Source: an uncultured Pseudomonadales bacterium (GTDB taxonomy: Bacteria; Patescibacteriota; Microgenomatia; UBA1400; CAYNFZ01). Taken from it: a DNA stretch of 64,000 bases. Shown here in pieces: positions 31,140-39,455 of this stretch; the first letter of the stretch is position 1; each line of letters opens with the position of its first letter. Made by a program: the position numbers and the translations under genes. Location of the stretch: the NCBI GenBank assembly GCA_964398525.1, contig CAYNMS010000001.1, forward strand, positions 6,569-70,568, given 5' to 3'. The notes below the pieces were generated by a model that saw only the letters and a list, made by a program, of their open reading frames with translations, searched no databases and was not told where the DNA came from.

Positions 31140-31658
31140 CTAATTGGTTATCTCTACCTTATTTCCAATTCCAATTCCCCATTCCTCTACTTTGCCCAAA
31201 TCCACTTCCAACACATACTTCACCTCACTTCTCGGGCTAAATTGTTTTAAATTTACCCAATCCTCAGGTTCCTCAGGCGCCTTCACTCTTTCAGTTACAT
31301 CCACCACTTCACATTTTGCTACCCTCCCCGATTCCTCATCACTACACTTGCCTATCCAGATAAAATCCAATCCTATCCTCATTCCTTTCATCCAAAAACT
31401 CGGTACATGCGCTCTAGGAAACACAAACAACATCCCCTCACTACCAATTTCATCTCGGTAACCAAGACCTTTAGTGATTTTTTCTGGTGTATCCGCCACT
31501 TCCACATTTAACTGTCTTTCTCCAATCTTCATTTGCGTCATTTTCTTTTCTTCTACCGTCTCCCCCACACTTTCATTTTGAGCAATCTTTGCACTACACC
31601 CGCCCAAAACAGCCAGCCCCAACAATCCACCCAATATTCCCCATTTTGACAACCTCAT
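31140..31658 (-). CDS. DUF192 (COG1430) lipoprotein
   Basis: Start chosen at 31658 (GGGAG 6 nt upstream), giving the lipoprotein signal MRLSKWGILGGLLGLAVLGGC. Core VEVADTPEKITKGLGYR...GMLFVF...FWMKGMRIGLDFIWI matches DUF192. Confidence 0.6.
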   Translation of the reverse strand: MRLSKWGILGGLLGLAVLGGCSAKIAQNESVGETVEEKKMTQMKIGERQLNVEVADTPEKITKGLGYRDEIGSEGMLFVFPRAHVPSFWMKGMRIGLDFIWIGKCSDEESGRVAKCEVVDVTERVKAPEEPEDWVNLKQFSPRSEVKYVLEVDLGKVEEWGIGIGNKVEITN

Positions 31659-31671
31659 CCTATCTCCCATT

Positions 31672-32463
31672 CTAAACCCTATTTCTTCCCTCATTTTGTC
31701 CTTCCCTATTTTTTCTGCTTATTAGCACAAATCCGGCCAATATCATAACCAAAGCCACCATCTGCCCCACTGCCACTCCACCTAATTCCCACCTTTCAAT
31801 TCTCATCATTTCCAGTCCAAATCTAATCACACCATAACCTATCAAATAAACCCCCAACAGTTTTCCACTTCCAATTCTAAAATTGCCATTTAAATATATT
31901 CTCATCATTACAACAAACAGTACCAAATTCAGCAAACTTTCATACAAAAACAATGGCTGAAATCTCTCAAAACTTTCATACCCGGAAAGTCTGTTCTCAA
32001 TATCTATTTTTATCCCCCAAGGCCAATTAGTCGGCTTTCCATATAACTCCTGATTAAAGTAATTTCCAAATCTTCCCAGTGCCTGCCCTACCGGCACTCC
32101 CAAGGCAGTTATATCAGCGTATTTCCATACCAACTTTTGAGTTACCTCACCAAGTTTAAACTTTAAAAACAACACCATTCCTAACAATCCTCCGGCAATT
32201 GCCCCAAAAATCCCCAACCCCCCGTTCCATACAGCCACAATTTGATCCAAATTTTTTTGATAATAATCCCACCAATCAATTACATGATATGCCCTAGCCC
32301 CCACAATCCCCGACAATACCACCCAAACCACGCCATCTTCTACTACTTTCTTGTCCATTTTTTCTCTTTTTGCCACCCAACCCACAATCCAAGTAGCCGT
32401 CAACACTCCCAAGCCAATCATTAATCCATAAACTCTTATCCCAATTTCCTCAATTTCAATCAC
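31672..32463 (-). CDS. lgt: prolipoprotein diacylglyceryl transferase
   Basis: Lgt signature region GGLGIFGAIAGG...GRFGNYFNQELYG, conserved His (YHVIDW) and the Y..G..RF..E..R C-terminus. 7 TM. Confidence 0.85.
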   Translation of the reverse strand: MIEIEEIGIRVYGLMIGLGVLTATWIVGWVAKREKMDKKVVEDGVVWVVLSGIVGARAYHVIDWWDYYQKNLDQIVAVWNGGLGIFGAIAGGLLGMVLFLKFKLGEVTQKLVWKYADITALGVPVGQALGRFGNYFNQELYGKPTNWPWGIKIDIENRLSGYESFERFQPLFLYESLLNLVLFVVMMRIYLNGNFRIGSGKLLGVYLIGYGVIRFGLEMMRIERWELGGVAVGQMVALVMILAGFVLISRKNREGQNEGRNRV

Positions 32464-32493
32464 CTTTACCTCTAGTTAATTATCTAGTCTATT

Positions 32494-33180
32494 CTACATT
32501 CCAAACAATGCCATCAAACTTACAAGCACAAAAAACCCGCCAAACACCCCCACCACCACTTTTAGTTCATCTTCACTCACTTTTCTCTTAATCGGCCAAA
32601 ATAATTTGCCCATCAGATATTCTTTATCCGACCAGTCCTCTTTAATTCCCAATACTAAATTCAACCCCACTCCCAATATCAAGCCTTGTGCCAGAAGGCT
32701 TAACGAGCTGGTCATTAGAAATAGTGCCAGCACCACCCAGGCCCCCAAAAACAAGACATTGTTCATCGCCAACTGAACCTGTTCATGCTTTCGCTCTAGT
32801 AAAAGATTCAACCCTTCTTGGTACCGTTTCTGCTTTATCAATCCCCTTACTTTTACGCTCAAATCATCCTCAGGTCTGGAAAAATAAACAAAAATTAACC
32901 TGTCTGCCAATCCAAAAACCATACCTAACACTCCACCCAGCAAAAACAACACCATTCCCATTAACGCTTGCCACCTCCAGTTGCTCCGAAGCAAAAGCCC
33001 CAACGCCATCACTCCAAAATATACCCCTCCCACCACACCTATTCGTCTATTTATCCAGCCACTCCAATCTTTTTTTAGAGGCGCTGTCCCTTGTGAATCC
33101 TTGGTTTGTGTTTGCACTTGTTGCTGTGTTGTCCACGGTTGTTCCATGATTCCATCATACACAATTTGATATCTGATCAA
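32494..33180 (-). CDS. hypothetical polytopic membrane protein (228 aa)
   Basis: About 5 hydrophobic helices. No motif recognised. Confidence 0.4.
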   Translation of the reverse strand: MIRYQIVYDGIMEQPWTTQQQVQTQTKDSQGTAPLKKDWSGWINRRIGVVGGVYFGVMALGLLLRSNWRWQALMGMVLFLLGGVLGMVFGLADRLIFVYFSRPEDDLSVKVRGLIKQKRYQEGLNLLLERKHEQVQLAMNNVLFLGAWVVLALFLMTSSLSLLAQGLILGVGLNLVLGIKEDWSDKEYLMGKLFWPIKRKVSEDELKVVVGVFGGFFVLVSLMALFGM

Positions 33181-33237
33181 AATATCTAACCTCTATTCAT
33201 CACCTCCAAACTCATGTTTTTCACTTTCCAGATTTGT

Positions 33238-33543
33238 CTATTTCTTTTCATCTCCAGTCTTTAGTTGTTTCAATTTCCACATAAACAATGCTCCTGGCTT
33301 TTTGGCTCCAGCATCCTTCACAAACGACAGTGCCTTCTCCAACAATCTTCTATCCTCTTTTTTAGCCAGCCTAATATATAAAGCCTTATGCTTTTCGTCA
33401 TCAAGCTCCATTGCCAATCTATAACCATAATCCTGAAACTCTTGGGTTATATATCCCCCTTTATCCTCCAGTTGAAAGTTTTCCAAAAGCCCTGCCAAAG
33501 TCATCAATCCATCACTTTTATCGGTGTTTGTCTTTTTGGTCAT
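33238..33543 (-). CDS. hypothetical protein (101 aa)
   Basis: Complete ORF. No motif recognised. Confidence 0.35.
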   Translation of the reverse strand: MTKKTNTDKSDGLMTLAGLLENFQLEDKGGYITQEFQDYGYRLAMELDDEKHKALYIRLAKKEDRRLLEKALSFVKDAGAKKPGALFMWKLKQLKTGDEKK

Positions 33544-33556
33544 GTGTCTATTTTAC

Positions 33557-34783
33557 CTATTTGTTTCTTCGTTGATGCTCCTCAATCAAGGTTGACAATA
33601 CAATTCCCCCTGCCCCCATGCCCACCACCACCAACCAAATTATCTCTTCCCTCCACATTAACACTAAAGCCAAAATCAACAATACTAGAATCATCCAAAT
33701 CGACTGCCACAATATCCAATACACCACAAATGAAAACGTCTCCGGTCCCTTTGCTCTCTTAAATGCATACCCAAAGAAAAAATTCCTAGAGGTAGTCGAA
33801 AACAATTTATCCACACTATCCACCACCATTATTTGGGTCAAATTCTTCACCCACATTCTTACCCCCCACATCACTGCCCCACCAGCAGCTCCCAAAACCT
33901 GAAACTTTCTCATATTTGGTTTATCAGTTAATTTTGCCACCAAATATGTAAATACCACCGTTGCCAAAGCTGTCACCGACCCAAAAACACCTACCTTTTC
34001 AATGCTACCCACCAATAACATTACATAAATTGGCCAAAAATCCCCATACATTGAATCATTTATCAATCTTCCCCCCATCGCTATTCCTGCTTTTACAAAT
34101 GTCCATTCGCTCGTCCAATCTAAAAATTCCCGCCAACTCACCTCATCCAAATGCAAGTGATGCTTTAAAAATAAAGCCGGCACTCCTGCTAAAACCAAAA
34201 ATATAACAGCCACCCCAAACATATATTCATATCCAAATCTTGAAGCAATCAATGCCCCTATCAGTGGTGCGGCTACATGTCCAAGCTTTGACATTGCATC
34301 CAATCTGCCAAATTCAGTTCCCATGTTCTCTTCCTTTGATTCATCTGAAAACAAAGTAAAATAAGTCACCCAAAACGTGCAAATCACCAAACCATTCAAC
34401 ACCCCAGCCATCAACACATACCACAAATTCCTCGTAACACTTGCTTGGGCCAATAATAGAAACATACCCACTGATAATAAGGCAGAAACCAAAAGTGTTC
34501 TCCTGTATCCGATTTTTCGAATCAGTCCGTTTCCTACCCCCACTACTCCCCCTACCACCACCAATCTTGTTATCAACCAATACAAAACCACCAACAATAA
34601 CCCCCCCTTTATTTCACCACTCCAAAAACTCTCTCTACCAACTGAAAAAATAAATATCGAACTCAACACAGTCACCAAAGCATAAGCAATTTCTCTAAAA
34701 AAGGTCATTATCCACAGACCTTTTTGATCTTTAATTTTTCTTCTTCTCACCGAAAAAACAAATCTCGACCACAAATTCAACAT
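33557..34783 (-). CDS. MFS-like transporter
   Basis: About 12 TM in two halves and Gly-rich helices. The start is uncertain: an alternative ATG at 34708 gives MTFFREIA. Confidence 0.45.
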   Translation of the reverse strand: MLNLWSRFVFSVRRRKIKDQKGLWIMTFFREIAYALVTVLSSIFIFSVGRESFWSGEIKGGLLLVVLYWLITRLVVVGGVVGVGNGLIRKIGYRRTLLVSALLSVGMFLLLAQASVTRNLWYVLMAGVLNGLVICTFWVTYFTLFSDESKEENMGTEFGRLDAMSKLGHVAAPLIGALIASRFGYEYMFGVAVIFLVLAGVPALFLKHHLHLDEVSWREFLDWTSEWTFVKAGIAMGGRLINDSMYGDFWPIYVMLLVGSIEKVGVFGSVTALATVVFTYLVAKLTDKPNMRKFQVLGAAGGAVMWGVRMWVKNLTQIMVVDSVDKLFSTTSRNFFFGYAFKRAKGPETFSFVVYWILWQSIWMILVLLILALVLMWREEIIWLVVVGMGAGGIVLSTLIEEHQRRNK

Positions 34784-34810
34784 ACCCTCACTCTAATACA
34801 CCCAAAGCCT

Positions 34811-35347
34811 TTATATAAGTCTCTCTTTGATTTCTTCAGTTATTTTCTCCAACACACTTTGCATTTCTTCTCTCTCAGCCTTCTTCATTTTCATCAATAC
34901 AAATTCCGCTCCACTGATTCTTCGTCTCATTTCCTCACTTCGATTGTCCACTCCTATCCTCACGCGCCAAAACTCCTTGGTCTTCAAAGCGTTTTCAACT
35001 GAATTCACTCCATTATGCACTTTCGGGCCCCGCGCCCAATCAATCTTATATTCTCCCCAGGATAAGTCCAAATCATCATGCACCACCCACAAACCCTCAG
35101 CTGTCACTTCTTCCTGCTTTTTTAGAGCATAAGCCACCGCCACCCCACTTCGGTTCATGTAAGTCAAAGGCTTCACCAACTCAACCTCTAGACCATTTAT
35201 TTTAACCCACACATATTCAAACAAACCGTTTTTGTTTTTATTCCAGCTTTTCTCTCCGGCCAATCTCTCCACCACACCATACCCCATGTTGTGTCGTGTT
35301 GCTTCATACTTTTCATCCGGATTACCCAAACCCACAATAATTTTCAT
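34811..35347 (-). CDS. pth: peptidyl-tRNA hydrolase
   Basis: N-terminal MKIIVGLGNPDEKYEATRHNMGY (catalytic His), conserved Asp and the basic tRNA-binding patch. 178 aa. Confidence 0.9.
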   Translation of the reverse strand: MKIIVGLGNPDEKYEATRHNMGYGVVERLAGEKSWNKNKNGLFEYVWVKINGLEVELVKPLTYMNRSGVAVAYALKKQEEVTAEGLWVVHDDLDLSWGEYKIDWARGPKVHNGVNSVENALKTKEFWRVRIGVDNRSEEMRRRISGAEFVLMKMKKAEREEMQSVLEKITEEIKERLI

Positions 35348-35437
35348 TAAACCCCTTAATAATTCAGCTTCACCATTTTACACTCATAATTACATGATTT
35401 GACAAATAAAATCAGCTTTAGGTAAGGTAAAAGAACC

Positions 35438-37300
35438 ATGACGGACACCGCCTCCTCTTCTCAGCCAAATCTTTCCCAAGACCTTGCTGATATCCGTCTT
35501 CAAATTGAAAATCTTCAATTACCTGTTTCCGCTTTTCTGGGGATTCACATTAGCCCTGACCAAAACAGTTTCCAAGTCGCCAAAATTGGCGGTCAACGTA
35601 TTACCTTTCATCGCGAAAACACCTCCAAGTCTCAACTCGAACAAGATTTGCTCAACTGGATCCAAGCTCAAAGCCAAAATCAACTTAAAATTATTGCCGC
35701 CGGCTTAGGCAAACGTCATTCTCAAAATCCTCTCGTCTCCAAACTTTGGCTTGAGCATGACATAGTCCCTCATTTAATTTCACACCAAACCCACTCTGAT
35801 AAAGATGACATTATTGACACTGCTCGCAAAGTCTCTCATCTTTTCAACCCAGACAATTCCGCCAAACCAATTTTAAACGACGCTCATCGAGTCAAAGTCG
35901 CCTCCCTCGTCAAACTCTCCGACTACCAACAACTTCTCTCTCCCAACCGTTTCAAACAACTTACATCTCTAGCTCACTCATTTCAGGGTAAAAAACTCCG
36001 CTTTTTCTCCGCCACCCCTCAAGGCGGAGGTGTTGCCCTTATGCGTCACGCCCTCATTCGCCTTTATCACCTGCTGGGAGTTGATGCTCAATGGCATGTG
36101 CTCCAAGATAAACCTGAAGTTTTTGCTATTACCAAAACTAAATTTCACAACGTCCTCCAAAATGTAGCTGCAGCCAACGTTCGCCTTAACCCAACCGATC
36201 AAGAACTATTTAAAGCCTGGAGCCAGGATAACGCCCAATATTTCCAAGACGTGTTCAGCGATGCTGACGTGGTCGTTATCGACGATCCTCAACCAGCTGG
36301 TCTAGTCCCACATATTAGAAAACAAAACCGCCACGCCAAAATTCTTTACCGCTCCCACATTCAATTAGAGGCTCACCTCGCCAATGAACCAGGTACCCCC
36401 CAGCACGCTACTTGGGAGTTTATTTGGGATCAGATCAAGTCTGTTGACGGTTTCATTTCCCACCCCGTCAAAGGCTTTGTTCCAGCCAATGTTCCTTCAA
36501 ATTTGGTCGTCACCATGCCCCCGACCACCGACCCTCTCGATGGATTAAACAAACCACTTTCAGCTGAGCAACAAACCTACTATCTCAAACTCTTTGATAA
36601 ACTCCTACTTGAAACCAACCAAACCCCGCTCGATCTCAATCGTCCTATCATCACTCAAATTGCCCGCTTTGATCCCAGCAAAGGCATTCCTGATGTCCTC
36701 GATGCTTTTGCTCAACTTAGGAAAAAGCTCCAAGATTCTCACAAGCCTCAGCTCATTATTGCCGGTAACGGCAGTGTAGACGACCCAGACGGTGTCCCAA
36801 TTCTAAACCTTATTCGCCACACCCTCACTCAAACAAAATTTGCTTCTCTGGCTCCAGATATCAAAATCGCCCGTCTCCCTCACATTGATCAACTTCTCAA
36901 CACTCTCCTTCGTGTCAGCCACATCGTTCTCCAGCTATCCCACAAGGAAGGTTTTGAAGTCAAAGTTTCAGAAGCCCTCATGAAAGGTATACCTGTTGTC
37001 GCCTATCGGGCAGGCGGCATTCCTCTTCAGATCAAACATGGCCAAACCGGCTTTCTTGCCTCTGTTGGCAACATACCCCAAGTGGTTGATTATCTTCATC
37101 AGCTGCTCACAAAACCCAAACTGCACGCCCAAATATCTTCTCAGGCCACTTCAGCCGACCACTTTTGGGTCCAGACTCCCAGCAATGCCATTAACTGGCT
37201 CTTTTTGGCAGACCAAGTCTTAAAGCATGGTCAAATCTCCGGAAAAAACCAACCTCTCAGCTTGCTCTTGGATCAACACTTTGCTTCAAGCCTTTCCTAA
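35438..37300 (+). CDS. TreT-like trehalose synthase (GT4, GT-B fold) with ~170-aa N-terminal extension
   Basis: From residue ~175 the sequence tracks archaeal/bacterial TreT by eye: FSATPQGGGVALMRHAL, FHNVLQN, DDPQPAGLV, TMPPTTDPL, PIITQIARFDPSKGIPDVLDAF, VLQLSHKEGFEVKVSEALMKGIPVVAYRAGGIPLQIKHGQTGFLA. Confidence 0.7.
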   Translation: MTDTASSSQPNLSQDLADIRLQIENLQLPVSAFLGIHISPDQNSFQVAKIGGQRITFHRENTSKSQLEQDLLNWIQAQSQNQLKIIAAGLGKRHSQNPLVSKLWLEHDIVPHLISHQTHSDKDDIIDTARKVSHLFNPDNSAKPILNDAHRVKVASLVKLSDYQQLLSPNRFKQLTSLAHSFQGKKLRFFSATPQGGGVALMRHALIRLYHLLGVDAQWHVLQDKPEVFAITKTKFHNVLQNVAAANVRLNPTDQELFKAWSQDNAQYFQDVFSDADVVVIDDPQPAGLVPHIRKQNRHAKILYRSHIQLEAHLANEPGTPQHATWEFIWDQIKSVDGFISHPVKGFVPANVPSNLVVTMPPTTDPLDGLNKPLSAEQQTYYLKLFDKLLLETNQTPLDLNRPIITQIARFDPSKGIPDVLDAFAQLRKKLQDSHKPQLIIAGNGSVDDPDGVPILNLIRHTLTQTKFASLAPDIKIARLPHIDQLLNTLLRVSHIVLQLSHKEGFEVKVSEALMKGIPVVAYRAGGIPLQIKHGQTGFLASVGNIPQVVDYLHQLLTKPKLHAQISSQATSADHFWVQTPSNAINWLFLADQVLKHGQISGKNQPLSLLLDQHFASSLS

Positions 37301-37353
37301 TCCGTCACTTTTTCCCTTATTCCTCCTATCCATATCGGTTAAAATGGTGATCT

Positions 37354-38457
37354 ATGCCAAAAATCGTTTCTATTTTTGCAGCCCCTGAAGGTCATTTAAG
37401 TATCGCCCAAGCCTTGTATGAAAAACTCTCAGATCAGGGTTTCGATGTTCACCTCAATCTCTACGGGGACCGTGAATTTATACTTTATCGTCCTTTTTAT
37501 CGGTCTTTTCCCAAATTATGGAAAATCCCCTACACCCTAGGAGAAAGGAAACTCGCTCGCTTAACTGCCACCAAATATGCCCAGCGCCAATATCTCAAAT
37601 CCATCAAATCCGATTTAGCCGACCAAAAACCTCATGTGGTTATCAGTACCTGGTTTATGTTCAACCCCATCTTGGAATCACTATCCCCCACTCACAATTT
37701 TCTCCACTTAAACCTGGTCCCCGACCCTTGGTCGTTTCACCCCATAACTGTCTCCCAAATCTCCCCCAATCTAATCTTCGATGACCAAGCTGCCACTTTT
37801 TGCCACCAAATTGGCATCAAAAAAAACCTTGTTTTCCCGATTGGTTGGTTCGTTCGTCCCGCCTTTGAAGCTTCCTACCAAAAATCCGCCATTCAAAAAC
37901 AACTCAGTCTCGACTCTCGCCTAACCTTTTTAATTACCGGCGGCAGTGAAGGCAGTAATAAAATCTACGACCTCGTTTCTTCTCTGTGTCAACAAAACCA
38001 TCGCCTCCAAATTATTGTCATCTGTGGCACTAACCAGCAACTTTTCTACAAAATTTCCAAGCTCCTTTCTTCCTCCAGTCAAACCCGTCTTGTTCCCTTA
38101 GGTTTTACTCACCAAATCCACCAATACATGCAGGCAGCCGATTTAGTCATCGGCAAAGCCGGACCCAATCAAATATTCGAGTCAGTTGCCACCCACACTC
38201 CTTTTTTTGCCATTACCCACCTCCCCGGACAAGAAGATGGTAATCTTGAACTCATTCAAACCTACAAGCTTGGTTATGTCGAAGAACGTCCCCAGCCAGC
38301 CCTCTCGCTTCTCCAGCGCCTTATCCACTCCCCTAAATTACTAGAATCATCAAAAGACCCTCTTGCCTCCCTTGCCAAAACCAATCAACAATCCATAAAT
38401 CATCTCATCAAGCTCATCGACCAACATCTTGCCAGTAAAAAACTTAATTTCTCCTAA
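37354..38457 (+). CDS. GT28-family glycosyltransferase (MGDG-synthase/UgtP-like diacylglycerol glycosyltransferase; MurG relative)
   Basis: N-terminal KIVSIFAAPEGHLSIAQAL in place of the MurG GGTGGH loop, as in UgtP/MGDG synthases. C-terminal GT-B half with nucleotide-sugar motif (IGKAGPNQIFES, LPGQEDGN). Confidence 0.5.
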   Translation: MPKIVSIFAAPEGHLSIAQALYEKLSDQGFDVHLNLYGDREFILYRPFYRSFPKLWKIPYTLGERKLARLTATKYAQRQYLKSIKSDLADQKPHVVISTWFMFNPILESLSPTHNFLHLNLVPDPWSFHPITVSQISPNLIFDDQAATFCHQIGIKKNLVFPIGWFVRPAFEASYQKSAIQKQLSLDSRLTFLITGGSEGSNKIYDLVSSLCQQNHRLQIIVICGTNQQLFYKISKLLSSSSQTRLVPLGFTHQIHQYMQAADLVIGKAGPNQIFESVATHTPFFAITHLPGQEDGNLELIQTYKLGYVEERPQPALSLLQRLIHSPKLLESSKDPLASLAKTNQQSINHLIKLIDQHLASKKLNFS

Positions 38458-39455
38458 TTCACAATCATCATTTGCACCACCACAAAGCTAAAGTAAGCTC
38501 CTACTAACACCAACCCCTCTTGTCGTGACAGTTTGCGTTGACTGTATGTAAACCACCAAAACATGGCAAAAATCAAAATATAGAAAATTACACTTACCAA
38601 ATAAGTCATAGCCTCATCTCCCAACATAACCGGCGAAATCAACGCCACCGCACCTAGAATTAACGCTGAATTTGCTACCGTTGAACCAATAATATTCCCA
38701 AACGCCATCATGTATTCTCTTTTTCTAATCGTTCTTATTTCAAACGTTATCTCTGGCAAACTCGTACCAATTGACACCATAAAAAGCCCTACCAAAATTA
38801 CCGGAATTCCGATCAGCTCCGCCATCGACCCTGCCAACTTAACAATCAAATCCGACAACACAATCAACGCCGCCGACCCAACCACCAACTTAAACATTCC
38901 ATGCTCGATTTCCCTCTTCCCCAAAACTCTCAACACTTTGTGTCCCCAATCTTCCTCCTCCTCATAATACTCCTCACCCACTCTCTCCAGTCGTGCTTTC
39001 TTTTTCCTATTCATGGTGCTCACTACAAAAAACAGATACACCAGCAGCAACACACCCCCATCAATTCTGGATAGTTTCTTATCCATTAACATCAGTAGAG
39101 GCAGCAGCGCCACCAAAAATGCATACAAGATATCTTTTTTGTAAACTTGATTTCTTGCCTTAACCACCCCCGACAATACCGCCGCTCCTCCAATCACCAA
39201 TGAAATATTGGCCAAGTTACTGCCAATCACCACCCCCAAAGGTAACGTTGCCTCATTCTCAAGTGCGCTTGTCAGCCCCACAAACAACTCAGGCAAACTC
39301 GTTGCCAACGCTACCAAAAAGGTTGTTAGTCCATAAGCTTCAAACGATGTCCCCTTAGAAAGCTGCTTAATCCCCACTACCAATATATCCGTGGCTCTAG
39401 ACAAAGCATAAGACAGACCAAGCAATAACAAAGTTAAAACCAACAAAACCATCAT
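38454..39455 (-). CDS. Na+/Ca2+ exchanger (CaCA family, YrbG-like)
   Basis: Two alpha-repeat motifs (GLTTFLVALATSLPELFVGL, and GNIIGSTVANSALILG in the second half). 10 TM. 4-nt start/stop overlap with the upstream P-type ATPase. Confidence 0.75.
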   Translation of the reverse strand: MMVLLVLTLLLLGLSYALSRATDILVVGIKQLSKGTSFEAYGLTTFLVALATSLPELFVGLTSALENEATLPLGVVIGSNLANISLVIGGAAVLSGVVKARNQVYKKDILYAFLVALLPLLMLMDKKLSRIDGGVLLLVYLFFVVSTMNRKKKARLERVGEEYYEEEEDWGHKVLRVLGKREIEHGMFKLVVGSAALIVLSDLIVKLAGSMAELIGIPVILVGLFMVSIGTSLPEITFEIRTIRKREYMMAFGNIIGSTVANSALILGAVALISPVMLGDEAMTYLVSVIFYILIFAMFWWFTYSQRKLSRQEGLVLVGAYFSFVVVQMMIVN

